A stretch of 64,000 nt of DNA from assembly GCA_021776735.1 (NCBI GenBank), contig JAJFFH010000024.1:87744-151743 (forward strand), in the 5' to 3' direction. The notes under the pieces were generated by a model. The model made no database searches, was not told the origin of the DNA, and worked only from the letters and a program-made list of their open reading frames with translations. Shown piece by piece: positions 27,897-37,937 of the stretch. Position 1 is the stretch's first letter, and every line of letters starts with the position of its first letter. Origin of the DNA: Planctomycetota bacterium. GTDB taxonomy: Bacteria; Planctomycetota; PLA2. The position numbers and the translations under genes were made by a program.

Positions 27897-29120
27897 ATGC
27901 GCGTCCTGACCTTTACCACCCTCTACCCGAACGGCGCCATGCCGAACCACGGCATGTTCGTGCGCAAGCGTATGGAAGCCGTCGCGCGGCGCCCGGGCGT
28001 CGAGGTGGTGGTCGTGGCGCCGGTGCCGTCCGCACCGAGGCTGCCGGGCTGGTCACGCGCCAAAGTGTTTTCCAGCGTGCCCAAGGCCGAAGAGATCGGC
28101 GGACTCTCCGTGCACCACCCGCGCTTCTTGTCGCTCCCCGGCGAGTGGGCCCGTCTCAAGCCGCGCTGGATCGCCCGTGGCGCCTGGGCATGCGTCCAGG
28201 CCTTGCATCGCGCGCAGCCGTTTGACATCGTCGATGCGCACTTTGCCCGCCCCGACGGCGCGGCCGCGGCGGAAATCGCGCGCCGCATCGGCCTGCCGCT
28301 CGTGCTGAGCGTGCGAGGTTCCGACATCCACCGCGACCTCGAACGCCCGCGCACAAGGCCGCTCGTCCTCGCGACGCTCCGCGCGGCGGCGTCCGTCATC
28401 TCGGTGGCGCAACCGCTGACCGACAAGATGATCGCCGCCGGGATCGCCGCGGACAAGATCGCCACGATCCCGAACGGCATCGATCTCGCCCGCTGGTCGC
28501 ACGTGGACCGCGACGCGGCGCGCGCCGAGCACGGAGTTGCGGACCAGCGCCGCATCGTCCTGAGCGTCGCCGCGATGAAGCCCGTGAAGGGCCACGACAC
28601 GTTGATCGAAGCCTTCGCGACGTTGGGTACGGACGGCGATATCTCCGACACGGAGCTGTGGCTCGCGGGCGCCGGTCCGTTGCACGACGAACTCCGGCGC
28701 CGCGTGGCGCAACTCGGCCTCACAAAACGCGTGCGTTTTCTGGGTGCCGTGCCGCACGACAAGCTGCCCTCGCTGTATGCCGCCGCGGACATCTTCGCGC
28801 TGCCGAGCCGCAACGAGGGCTGCCCGAACGTCGTGCTGGAGGCGCTTGCCTCCGGCTGTCCGGTCGCCGCAACGGCGGTCGGACACGTACCGCACATGGT
28901 GCGCAACCGCGAGAACGGCCTCGTTGTTCCCGCGGACGATCCCCGCGCCTTCGCTCTTGCGTTGCGCGCACTTCTGAAAACATCGCCGTCACGGACTGTA
29001 GTCCGAGCCACCGTGGCCGACTGCACCTGGGACGACGTCGCCGCACGGGTAGCCGGCGTCTTCCAAGGCGCCCTGGACCTGAAACCGAACACGGAAACGA
29101 GCATCTCCCAATGCGGGTAA
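27897..29120 (+). CDS. glycosyltransferase, GT4 (group 1) family
   Basis: 407 aa. C-terminal GT-B segment ...FLGAVPHDKLPSLYAAADIFALPSRNEGCPNVVLEALASGCPVAATAVG... Contains an in-frame copy of the 12-mer (GTDGDIS). Confidence 0.8.
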   Translation: MRVLTFTTLYPNGAMPNHGMFVRKRMEAVARRPGVEVVVVAPVPSAPRLPGWSRAKVFSSVPKAEEIGGLSVHHPRFLSLPGEWARLKPRWIARGAWACVQALHRAQPFDIVDAHFARPDGAAAAEIARRIGLPLVLSVRGSDIHRDLERPRTRPLVLATLRAAASVISVAQPLTDKMIAAGIAADKIATIPNGIDLARWSHVDRDAARAEHGVADQRRIVLSVAAMKPVKGHDTLIEAFATLGTDGDISDTELWLAGAGPLHDELRRRVAQLGLTKRVRFLGAVPHDKLPSLYAAADIFALPSRNEGCPNVVLEALASGCPVAATAVGHVPHMVRNRENGLVVPADDPRAFALALRALLKTSPSRTVVRATVADCTWDDVAARVAGVFQGALDLKPNTETSISQCG

Positions 29121-30421
29121 TCGCCATCCTCATCTGCTACGGCGTCGGAACGCTGCTGAGTCTGCGCTCCGTCACGTATGCCGCGTGCCTCTTTATCTGG
29201 AGCGAGATCTTTCGGCCGATCGATTTCGCCTGGCGCGTCTTCGAATTCCCGGCCGCGCACCTCGTGGCGGCGACGCTGCTGCTCTCGCTCTTCATGGCGA
29301 AGTGGCAGAGGCGCTGGAATCCGGTCGCCACGCTCGTTCTGGCCATGATCGGCTGGATCTACGTGTGCGCGTTCTTCGCCGTCCACCGCGTGGTGGCCAT
29401 GGATCACGCGCTGTTCGCGACGAAGTACCTGATCCCGCTCGTCATCATCTCGATCTCGCTGACGACGCGATGGTCGCAGAAGATGTTTCTGTACACCCTG
29501 GCAGCCTCCGTCGGCCTCTGGGCCGCCCAGGCCGGTCTGCACCTGGCCAGCAAGGGCCCCGGCGACGAGGTGTTCATTCGCGGCGGCCAGATGTCGGACC
29601 GCAACGACTTCATGGCGGGCGTGCTCGCCTGCCTGCCCATGCTCGTCTACATCGCCCGCAGCTACGACTGGCGATACAAGAAACTCATGCGCGCCGCGGC
29701 GTGGGCGATGATCGCCATGAGTCTCGTCGCGATGGTCCGCTCCAATTCGCGCGGCGCGATTCTCGGCGCCGGACTGCTGTTCGCGTTCTTCCTGCTCGCG
29801 ACCGGGCGCATCGGCAAGCGGCTCGTCCTTGGCGGCGCGGTCGTGGTCGTCGCGCTCATGTTCATGCCGGACTCCGTGGTCGAGCGCATGAGCACGATCG
29901 AGATGAGCACCGATGTGCAAACCGAGAGTTCCGCGTCCAACCGCCTCGCCCTGGCAAAGATCGGCATCGAGATGACGCTCGACTATCCGATTACCGGCGT
30001 CGGCCCGAAGAACTTCACCTACCTCGTGACGAGCTACGGCTTCGACACGCGGCACGATCCGCACACGATCTGGCTCAAGGCGTCCGCCGAGTACGGCTTC
30101 CCGATGCTGATGCTGTTCTTGCTGACCATCTGGCTGATTCTCAGCCGCCTCGCCCGCGAACGAAAGTTCGCCGCGGAACGGGGCGATCGCGACACGGAAC
30201 GGCTGGCGATCACGCTCTCCTGCTCGATCGTGGGCTTCCTGGGTGCGGCAACATTCCTGAGCCAGTTCCTGAGCGAGTATTTCTGGGCCATCTGCTGCCT
30301 CACCGGAGCGTTCATCGGACGCGAGGAATACCGTCGCCGCAACCCCGACGCGGCAACCCGGGAAATCGAAGAAGTGCTCGACGACCAACCCGCACCCGGC
30401 CAGACCGTCGGGGCGCAGTAG
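29111..30421 (+). CDS. O-antigen ligase / Wzy-like polysaccharide polymerase family membrane protein
   Basis: About 10-12 TM segments and a large periplasmic loop (...VRSNSRGAILGAGLL...). 10-bp overlap with the upstream glycosyltransferase stop. Confidence 0.7.
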   Translation: MRVIAILICYGVGTLLSLRSVTYAACLFIWSEIFRPIDFAWRVFEFPAAHLVAATLLLSLFMAKWQRRWNPVATLVLAMIGWIYVCAFFAVHRVVAMDHALFATKYLIPLVIISISLTTRWSQKMFLYTLAASVGLWAAQAGLHLASKGPGDEVFIRGGQMSDRNDFMAGVLACLPMLVYIARSYDWRYKKLMRAAAWAMIAMSLVAMVRSNSRGAILGAGLLFAFFLLATGRIGKRLVLGGAVVVVALMFMPDSVVERMSTIEMSTDVQTESSASNRLALAKIGIEMTLDYPITGVGPKNFTYLVTSYGFDTRHDPHTIWLKASAEYGFPMLMLFLLTIWLILSRLARERKFAAERGDRDTERLAITLSCSIVGFLGAATFLSQFLSEYFWAICCLTGAFIGREEYRRRNPDAATREIEEVLDDQPAPGQTVGAQ

Positions 30422-30477
30422 ACAAGCAGGCAGCAGGCTCTCGCACCGGCGCGCATGGCGCGCTCGGCATCGACACG

Positions 30478-30506
30478 AAAAAAAGGGCGGCCCATGCGGG
30501 CCGCCC
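30478..30506 (-). terminator. rho-independent terminator for the minus-strand large lipoprotein gene (possibly bidirectional)
   Basis: AAAAAAA GGGCGGCCC ATGC GGGCCGCCC. On the minus strand this reads as a perfect 9-bp GC stem followed by a T7 run, 35 bp downstream of the 30540 stop. Confidence 0.7.
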
Positions 30507-30539
30507 CTCTCAATTCTCATGGGTCCTGTGGGCCGAAGC

Positions 30540-33500
30540 CTACGGGACGCTGACTGTCGCGACGTTGCTCACGTCGCTCATCTGCTTCTCGGTGAGCGCA
30601 ACCAGCGCGACATAGATCGTGCCGGAGGCCGAAACCTCAAACTCGATCGTCTTGCTGGCACCCGCCGCCACCGGGAAAATTCCGGCGGAGTTGGAAGCCC
30701 AAGCCTGGCGAACACCACTGCCGCTGTCATAGGTCGGCGCGATGGGCTCGGTGGACCAGACCAACAGCACGCGCTCGGCATTCGCCGGAGCGGTGAAGCT
30801 CGCCCGCACCTTGCCGCCCGCGACCGAAGCGGACAGGTTCGTGACCTTGCCCGGACGGGCATGGTTGTTCACGCCTTCCTGGATGTGCCACCAGTAGGCG
30901 CGGGTCTCGTAGGAACCGTTCCAGGCCCCGGAGCCCCAGTTGTTGCCGTACGGCGCCTTGCCGTCGCCGACGCCGCCGTCGATGAAGTCGTCGACGAGCG
31001 TTCGGTGGCCTTCCTGGCCGGTGATCTGATACCAGTAGACCTCGGGGTCGATCATGCTCAGGCCCGAACCACTCGACTTGTTGTTGACCTCGTCGTGTCC
31101 GACGTAGTAGCCGAAGCGGCCGCTGTTGAGCTGCCAATCCATGATGCCCCAGAGGAACTGGAACGCCCGCGCTTCATGCTCGGGATGATGGTTGCGCATC
31201 TCGTTGTAGGCCCCGGAGAACGTGCGGGCCATAAAGCCCATCTGGAACGACGCTTCGCCGTTCTTGCGGAAGTTGCCGTAGCGGGGGAAGTAGGTGAACG
31301 TGCGAATCCACTCGAGCCGGTTCTTGATCGCACTCAGAAGCGAGGCATCGCCGGTTACGCGGAACGCTGCCAACGACTGCGCCAGCATGTGCGCCTCGCC
31401 GCGTGTTTCCCAGTTCCACTCGAAGAGACCGTCATCGTCATCCTGGTCCTTGGTGGTGCGCAGGAGCGACCGCTTGCGGAACTCGCCCATCCACTCGTAC
31501 CAGTCCCGAATCCACGGGTTGGCCGACTGGAAGTAGAAGTCCTCCATGTGGTAGAGCCAGCCGTGCTCGTTGTCCCGCGGCTTCCACTCGGTTGTGGAAG
31601 TGCCGGACAGGTACGGCGCGGCCAAGTACGGACGACCGTGGCCGTCGAACGCGCGCCAGCTCTTGCCGCCGTACGGGTTCATGGTCGGGGTGATGGTCGC
31701 GAAGTCAGCCTCGTGCGTGTAGCCGGGGATCCACATGGGGCGTACGTAGATGTCGCCGTAGACCCAGGCCTCGGTCTCGTAGTAGTCCTGGACGCGCCCG
31801 CTGGCGAAGAAGTGTCCGCCACCACGCGGCCAGTCGCCGACCTGGTTGGACTTCTTGCGCTTGGAATCGCCGCCGTAGTTGACCCAACCGAGACGGTACC
31901 GGGCGTGACCCGGATCGCGGTGCTTTTCCTCGAACTGCGGCACCTTGTTGTCGGCGCCGGAGACGAACGACGTGGACATCGAGCCGCCGAGCCCGGGCAC
32001 GGCGCCCGAGTTGGCGTAGTCCGCCGCCGGGATCACCGTGACGGGGTGCCACGTGAAGTTGGCAGCGAGCGCCTCGATCTCGTTGTTCGAGGTGTTGGCG
32101 CCGTGGAAGTAGAGCAGAGTCTCCTTGACGGAGCACTGCATCTCCTCGAGCCAGTACAGGCCCGTGCCGTTGTGGTCGCCGTTGAGGAACATCGAGCTCC
32201 ACTTGGGCCAGAGACGGACGGCGATGTTCTTGTCGCTCTCGATCTCGACCGCGTTCGGCCAGCGCAGCGCCATGTGACGAATCATCACGGCGACGCCCTT
32301 GCTGGAGTCCGAAACGTCGGCCCAACCGAACGACTCGGTGCCGGCCGTGTGCGACCCGCTCTCGAGCGTGCTGTTGTTGCCCGAGTCGCGTACGACCGAG
32401 CTGTGGTCGGTGTTTTGGAAGACGTGACGCCCCGAGCCGAGCGCGCCCTGCCAAACGACGCCGGCCTTGGGGCTCATGCGCACGGTGGCCGAGCCCAGGC
32501 TCGGCTTGAGGTTCAGCGAAACGTCGTCGAAGTACAGCGGCGAGGAGAACTTGACGTTCTTCGCGCCGTTCTGGAGCTGATAGTCGACCTTCACGAACGC
32601 CTTGCCGGCGTACGCGAACAACCGCACGGCGAAGCCGTGGCGATGGTCGGTTGTGCTGTGGTACGAGCCGAGGCTCTCGATGCGGATCACGGCCCGCAGC
32701 GGTCCCGCCTCCTCGACCTTGACGGTGAGGTTGGTGCGGTCGCGACTGCCCTGGACGTCGCCGTCCAGGCGACCGGTGAAGACGGCGCCCTCGCTGGCCC
32801 CGGACTCGATGATCCGCTCGGAGGCGGCGTACGAGCCGTTGCCGTCGGCATCGACGTCAACCGTGTCGAAGATGTTGAAGCCGCTCTTCTTGACGGTGAA
32901 GCGCACCTTGCCCGTGTCGACCGTGACCAGATCGCTGGTCTCGGTGACGTTCAGGGCCATGCTCGGCGCGGGGTTCGCGCCGCCATCCGACTTGAAGAAG
33001 AACGTCGCGTCCCCATCGGCGGGAACTGTGGCCGTGAAGTGTGCGGCAACAAAGCGCAGGCTGTTGTCGCGCGCCCACCAGCGGCTGAGAATCTTGAACT
33101 GCGCGGCGACGGAATTGCCGTCCGCGTCGGTGATGCGGAACTTGTCGATCGACTGGTACTGACCGAAATCCATCGGGATCACCGCGATGACGGGGTGCGC
33201 CGTCGCGCCGTAGCCGGCGGCGTCCTTGACCGTCAGGCGGATGCCGTCACCCTGCGGCGCCTCGTCGTCGGAAGCGACGATGGAGACGCGCACGGGATCG
33301 GCGCCGGTCAACGTGACCTGCGCGACCGCAAGGCCGTCGATGGAGTTGGCGTCCTGAACGGCACTGAACGTGACCGTCTGGATCTGGTCCCAGTTGTCGC
33401 GCGTAAACGTCAGGCTCGCGGGACCGCTGTAGACCAGCGACCCGTCGTTCTCGACGATCTCGATTGCGATGGTAACCGTCTCGGCCGGGAGCGCCGAAAG

Positions 33501-33788
33501 GCGTACCGGCAGCGATGCTTCCGCGCCCTCGGGCACGACAAGCGTCCCGGCCTCGAGCACAACCGTCAGGTCGTTGCTCGGATCGGGCTCAGGTTGCGGA
33601 TCAGGTTCGGGCTCCGGATCGGGCTCCGGCACGCCCGGATCGGGATCCGGGTTGGTCTCGCCCTCATCGGGCGTCGAAACCGCCTCTCCATCATCCTTGA
33701 GCAACTCGCCCAAGGGTGTGCAGGCGGGCAAAAGCAGAAACGCGGCGGCCAACAGTAGCCCTCGCGCTCCGCGAAACAGGTGCGACAT
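30540..33788 (-). CDS. large secreted lipoprotein (about 1080 aa) of unknown function, probably polysaccharide-active
   Basis: Lipobox signal MSHLFRGARGLLLAAAFLLLPAC, acidic PEPEPDP linker, then a long Trp/Tyr-rich body (WVYGDIYVRPMWIPGY..., DFYFQSANPWIRDWYEWMGEF...) resembling carbohydrate-active enzymes. The 1079-aa plus-strand ORF over the same DNA is an Arg/Gly/Val-rich shadow. Confidence 0.65.
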   Translation of the reverse strand: MSHLFRGARGLLLAAAFLLLPACTPLGELLKDDGEAVSTPDEGETNPDPDPGVPEPDPEPEPDPQPEPDPSNDLTVVLEAGTLVVPEGAEASLPVRLSALPAETVTIAIEIVENDGSLVYSGPASLTFTRDNWDQIQTVTFSAVQDANSIDGLAVAQVTLTGADPVRVSIVASDDEAPQGDGIRLTVKDAAGYGATAHPVIAVIPMDFGQYQSIDKFRITDADGNSVAAQFKILSRWWARDNSLRFVAAHFTATVPADGDATFFFKSDGGANPAPSMALNVTETSDLVTVDTGKVRFTVKKSGFNIFDTVDVDADGNGSYAASERIIESGASEGAVFTGRLDGDVQGSRDRTNLTVKVEEAGPLRAVIRIESLGSYHSTTDHRHGFAVRLFAYAGKAFVKVDYQLQNGAKNVKFSSPLYFDDVSLNLKPSLGSATVRMSPKAGVVWQGALGSGRHVFQNTDHSSVVRDSGNNSTLESGSHTAGTESFGWADVSDSSKGVAVMIRHMALRWPNAVEIESDKNIAVRLWPKWSSMFLNGDHNGTGLYWLEEMQCSVKETLLYFHGANTSNNEIEALAANFTWHPVTVIPAADYANSGAVPGLGGSMSTSFVSGADNKVPQFEEKHRDPGHARYRLGWVNYGGDSKRKKSNQVGDWPRGGGHFFASGRVQDYYETEAWVYGDIYVRPMWIPGYTHEADFATITPTMNPYGGKSWRAFDGHGRPYLAAPYLSGTSTTEWKPRDNEHGWLYHMEDFYFQSANPWIRDWYEWMGEFRKRSLLRTTKDQDDDDGLFEWNWETRGEAHMLAQSLAAFRVTGDASLLSAIKNRLEWIRTFTYFPRYGNFRKNGEASFQMGFMARTFSGAYNEMRNHHPEHEARAFQFLWGIMDWQLNSGRFGYYVGHDEVNNKSSGSGLSMIDPEVYWYQITGQEGHRTLVDDFIDGGVGDGKAPYGNNWGSGAWNGSYETRAYWWHIQEGVNNHARPGKVTNLSASVAGGKVRASFTAPANAERVLLVWSTEPIAPTYDSGSGVRQAWASNSAGIFPVAAGASKTIEFEVSASGTIYVALVALTEKQMSDVSNVATVSVP

Positions 33789-34359
33789 TTTCTCCTTTGC
33801 CTCCCCCCGCGAACAGGCAGCGGCCGTGCGCACCATCGAAGCCGATGGCCAAGCCGTTCCCTCGCGCGGGATTCCTCACAAGCTCTTCGGTAACTGGCTG
33901 CCCGCTGCCGGTCTTTCCGGCAGGGAGGGCCCTATAGCTTTGCGCCACCCGGTTTCCCGGGCTTTGCCCTTATCGGAGCCGATGGGAGGAGCCTCTTTTG
34001 CCGCTGGGCCCGGATGATCCGAAACCCGCCGACTTGTCGGCTACCACCGCGCTGGGAGAGGGGCCTGGGGGCCCCGCCAGCTCATCAGCTTCCACCGGGA
34101 ACCTATCTCCCGATGCCGCACAGTCAAATCCGCTCCTATTTCGGGGAAAAAACTGACCGAAAGCAATCTCCGAAAGGCTCAATCCCGACTGGTCGCGTGT
34201 CGATCACTAGAAAGGGGACAACGGCTGGCCAAGCCGGATGTCCCGTTGTGTGCACACGAATCGAAAAACCTGATGAACAGCGACTTTTCGCCGGGATTCC
34301 GCCACTGATATCCGCCACATGGCTGATTCTGTCTGAATAGTCTGCCACGAGCCTCCCCC

Positions 34360-35634
34360 ATGTCTACCGGCAAAATCGGGCTAATTAGTTATTGGGCCCC
34401 GCCCCAAGGAGCGATCGCCGCCCACCGAATTGTACGCCTCAGCCGCTGTCTGCAGGCCGCTGGCCACGAGGTCCACTGGATCACGCTGGACGCCGCTCGA
34501 CTCGACAAGACGGATCCCGCGCTCGCCAAGATGGTGCCGGCGGGCATTGTTCGACACGGCATCTCGGGCTCTGACATCGTCGCCCGGGGCGCGGCCCAGG
34601 GATTTTGGCAAAAAGTCGGGGTCACGGCGATCGAGTGGGTGCGCCGGCACACCGTGATCCGAGACGGTCACCTGGCGTGGGCGCTGCGGCTCCGAAGACG
34701 GCTTCCGGAAATCGTCCGCAAGGCAGGACTCGACGTCGTAATGGCGTCGTGCGGCCCCCACAGCTCACTCCTGGCCCTGCCGCGGCTGCGCGCGCGAGCG
34801 CCGAGCGTCCGGATTTTTGCCGACTATCGCGATCTATTGAACGGCAACGCCTGGAACGACTCCGATGACGAGGGCCGGCGGGCGAAGCTGCTGGCCCACG
34901 AGAGGGAGGCTCTTGCCGCGGTCGATGGCCTGTTCGTCAACACCGAGCACGCCCGCGATCGGTTTCTCAAGGTCGTCCGTCCTCGGGATGGATTCCCGGT
35001 CGAGGTCATGCGCAACGCTGCCGACTACGAGTTAGCCGACGAGATTCTTGCCGACATCGCCGTCCCGGACCTCGGTGACGGCATCCACGTCGGGTACTTC
35101 GGAACCGTCTTCCCGCGGCGACGCCTGGCCCCCGTTATCGAAAGTATCGCGCGCCTGCCGGCCGACGTCCGCGGTCGATTCCGGTTTCACCTGTACTCGA
35201 GCGTCGAATCGATCGCGCTGGCGGAAGAAGACTGCCACGCCGCCGGAATCGAACCGGACTCGCTGCTCGTGCGCCACGGCTTCGTGGAGTACGGCCAGGC
35301 ACTGGCTGCCATGCGGGCAATGGACGCTCTGGTCCTGGTCAACGGCCCGACGCTGGACGACCGCATCTTCGTACCGGGAAAGCTGTTTGACTACCTGATG
35401 GCGCGCCGCCCCATCCTGTTTGTCGGAGAGCCGGGGGATGCATCCCGTATCGTGGGTGACTGCTGCGGTTCGCAGTGGTGCCTGCGCCACACCGACCCGG
35501 ACGGCATCGACGCGGCCCTGAACCGACTCGCGCAACAGCGGCTCCCGGACGAAGCGCCCCACGACAGCTACGCTCCCAACGCGGCGTTTGCACCGCTGCT
35601 CGAAAAGATGAAACAAACCCAGACGGCATCATGA
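34360..35634 (+). CDS. glycosyltransferase, GT4-like (N-terminal subfamily-4 domain)
   Basis: 424 aa, MSTGKIGLISYWAPPQGAIAAHRIVRLSRCLQAAGHEVHWIT... and a C-terminal GT-B Rossmann half. Confidence 0.7.
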   Translation: MSTGKIGLISYWAPPQGAIAAHRIVRLSRCLQAAGHEVHWITLDAARLDKTDPALAKMVPAGIVRHGISGSDIVARGAAQGFWQKVGVTAIEWVRRHTVIRDGHLAWALRLRRRLPEIVRKAGLDVVMASCGPHSSLLALPRLRARAPSVRIFADYRDLLNGNAWNDSDDEGRRAKLLAHEREALAAVDGLFVNTEHARDRFLKVVRPRDGFPVEVMRNAADYELADEILADIAVPDLGDGIHVGYFGTVFPRRRLAPVIESIARLPADVRGRFRFHLYSSVESIALAEEDCHAAGIEPDSLLVRHGFVEYGQALAAMRAMDALVLVNGPTLDDRIFVPGKLFDYLMARRPILFVGEPGDASRIVGDCCGSQWCLRHTDPDGIDAALNRLAQQRLPDEAPHDSYAPNAAFAPLLEKMKQTQTAS

Positions 35635-36680
35635 AAGACTCCGTACGGCGCTTCGGGAGCGAAGCTCTCTATCGAACGGGGCTGCTGCACGTCGCCTCAT
35701 GGATTCGCCGACGGCGGCGCCGCCACGGGTTGGTGCTGACGTTTCATTGCGTGAGTACGCCGGGCAAGCCGTACTTCCGGCGCGGTATGGACGTGTCGTC
35801 CGACCATTTCCGGCAGATTCTGGAGATGCTCCTCCGCGCCTTTCGAGTCGTGCCTCTCGACGAGCTGCCCCAAGCCCTCATGAATCCGGAGCGCAAGCCC
35901 ATCGTCGCCATCACGTTCGATGACGGCTATCGCAGCGTGCACGACAACGCGTTCCCGATCATGAAGGAACTCGGCGTGCCGGCAACGGTCTTTTTGCCCA
36001 CCGACTTCATTGGCACGGGTCGCCTCCTGTGGTGGGACGAGGTCTACCACCTCGCGACGAGTGCGCCGGACACAGTGCTGGCGTTGGCTGGCGCCGACAA
36101 TCCGGATCACGCGGTCGATATGATGAAGTACCTCGATCCCGGCGCGCGCTGCAAGCTGCTCGCGCGCATGCGCGGTGTCGCGGGCGACGTCGCAGCCCCC
36201 CGGCGGCTGATGCTCGACTGGGACGAGATCCGCGCGATGCACGCGGCAGGCCTCCGCTTCGGCGGCCATACGGTCTCGCATTCCTACCTCGACGTGCTCG
36301 GGCCGGATGCGCTGCGTGCCGAACTGCGAGGTTGCCGCGCGGTGATCGAACGCGAGATCGGCGACGCCCCCACGGCGTTCGCATACCCCGACGGCCGTTT
36401 CAGCAAACCCGTGCTCGCCGCCACGCGTGCGGCCGGCTACTCGGTGGCGGGAACCACGATCGCGGCGCCATGCTGGGCGGGCGCAAACCCGCTGCTGCTC
36501 GGCCGCATCGACGGCAGCCTCCCGTTCACGGCAGGCTCCGACCACGTCCGTTGGCCGGTCCTGTGGTCTGAACTGCTCGGAATCTGGGACACGCTGCTCG
36601 TCCGCCGGCAACGAAACCCCGAACGTTTCAGCCGACAACGGCCCAGGACCAAGGTGCCGGTCGGAGCCGACCAGACGTAA
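35631..36680 (+). CDS. polysaccharide deacetylase (NodB-homology domain)
   Basis: KPIVAITFDDGYRSVHDNAFPIMKELGVPATVFL..., ...FGGHTVSHSYL... ATGA overlap with the upstream glycosyltransferase. Confidence 0.85.
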   Translation: MKDSVRRFGSEALYRTGLLHVASWIRRRRRRHGLVLTFHCVSTPGKPYFRRGMDVSSDHFRQILEMLLRAFRVVPLDELPQALMNPERKPIVAITFDDGYRSVHDNAFPIMKELGVPATVFLPTDFIGTGRLLWWDEVYHLATSAPDTVLALAGADNPDHAVDMMKYLDPGARCKLLARMRGVAGDVAAPRRLMLDWDEIRAMHAAGLRFGGHTVSHSYLDVLGPDALRAELRGCRAVIEREIGDAPTAFAYPDGRFSKPVLAATRAAGYSVAGTTIAAPCWAGANPLLLGRIDGSLPFTAGSDHVRWPVLWSELLGIWDTLLVRRQRNPERFSRQRPRTKVPVGADQT

Positions 36681-36693
36681 GCGGACGAACGCC

Positions 36694-37836
36694 CTAGCAC
36701 CGCGCCTGATCCAGCAAAAACGTCCGCCAGCGGTCGATCATCGTCTGGTGATCGAAGCGATCGACCGCACGATCGCGGTGCGTCGCGCCGATTCGGGTTC
36801 GCAGGTCCACATCGACGAGCAGTGTCCTGAGGGACGCCGCGTAGAGGGTCTCGCCCGCAATCGGCACCACGAAGCGCCGCGCCTCGTCGCAGACCATGTC
36901 CTTGACGTCCCCGACGTCGGTGCTCACGACCGACTTGCCTGCGGCCATCGCCTCGGCAACGGAGAGTGGCATCTGCTCGGTGTGGCTGGACAGGCAAAAC
37001 ACGTCGAACGCGCGGTAGTAGGGCGCGGTGTCCCGCACGAGGTCGGTGAAATGGACGCGGTCGCGGAGTTGAAAGTGATCCAGACCGTTTTGCAGATCGG
37101 TCCACGCCTGGTCGTGGCCGGCGCTCTGGTCTTTCGGGGTTCCGCCGACGTACACGAGATGCGCCTGCGGAAACTCCTCGGCGATGGCCGCGAATCCGCG
37201 CAGCAGGAGCGCGGGGTTTTTTTCAGCGCGCAGGTGCGCGACGGTGCCCACGATCAGATGGTCGTCGTTGAGCCCGAGCCGCGCGCGGACATCGGATGCC
37301 GGGCCGGGCGTGAAGCGGTCGGTGTCGATGCCGTTGGGCATGTAGAGCGTCCGCTCGCGCCTTATGCCCCAGGATTCGAGCGCAAGCCGCTCCAGAACAC
37401 GCGACACCACCAGGACCGCGCTCGCCCGGCGATACACGCGCCGCCGAAAAAACAGTCGACGCGCGAGCTGTCCCGTGGCCTCGTCCTCGGCCATGCCGTC
37501 CATGACCTGGCACCAGGGCCGGACCCGGCGCAGCACGCAGCCAATCATCGGAATCAGGGAGGCCCAGTTGTAGCCGAGCACGACATCGCCCTTGAGCGCG
37601 CGCAACTGGCCTCCCAGGCCCCAAGCCTGGCGCAGACCCGGGTCGCGCGGCAGCGTCACGAACTCGATGTCCACACCGGGATCGACCTTGTCCTTGCAGC
37701 GCTCGTCCTTGCCCATGTGAACGATCGTGTGCCGGAACTCGTCCTTGAGCCCGTTCATCACGACCGCGGTGCGCACCTGGGCGCCGCCCGGACCGAACGA
37801 ATCGAAGACATGGACGATGTGCGGTTTTTGGGCCAT
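36694..37836 (-). CDS. glycosyltransferase, GT4 (group 1) family
   Basis: 380 aa, MAQKPHIVHVFDSFGPGGAQ... and ...VYVGGTPKDQ...FDVFCLSSHTEQMPLSVAEAMAAGKSVVSTDVGD... Confidence 0.8.
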   Translation of the reverse strand: MAQKPHIVHVFDSFGPGGAQVRTAVVMNGLKDEFRHTIVHMGKDERCKDKVDPGVDIEFVTLPRDPGLRQAWGLGGQLRALKGDVVLGYNWASLIPMIGCVLRRVRPWCQVMDGMAEDEATGQLARRLFFRRRVYRRASAVLVVSRVLERLALESWGIRRERTLYMPNGIDTDRFTPGPASDVRARLGLNDDHLIVGTVAHLRAEKNPALLLRGFAAIAEEFPQAHLVYVGGTPKDQSAGHDQAWTDLQNGLDHFQLRDRVHFTDLVRDTAPYYRAFDVFCLSSHTEQMPLSVAEAMAAGKSVVSTDVGDVKDMVCDEARRFVVPIAGETLYAASLRTLLVDVDLRTRIGATHRDRAVDRFDHQTMIDRWRTFLLDQARC

Positions 37837-37937
37837 GGAAGTTCAAGGCGAGCAGGAGGCCAAGCGGAAGGTCGAGAGTCTAGCTTTTGCCGGCTTGGCG
37901 GCATAGTGCTTGCGGGAAGCTTCGCGTTGGCCGCATC

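Noticed and set aside
27923-30520. 865-aa minus-strand ORF across the GT4 and O-antigen-ligase genes
   Set aside because: Shadow frame. The plus-strand genes carry recognisable GT-B and multi-TM ligase features and are translationally coupled.
30519-33758. 1079-aa plus-strand ORF antisense to the large lipoprotein gene
   Set aside because: Composition is R/G/A/V-dominated with no signal peptide or motif. The minus-strand frame has a lipobox, a linker and a realistic aromatic-rich domain sequence plus its own terminator.
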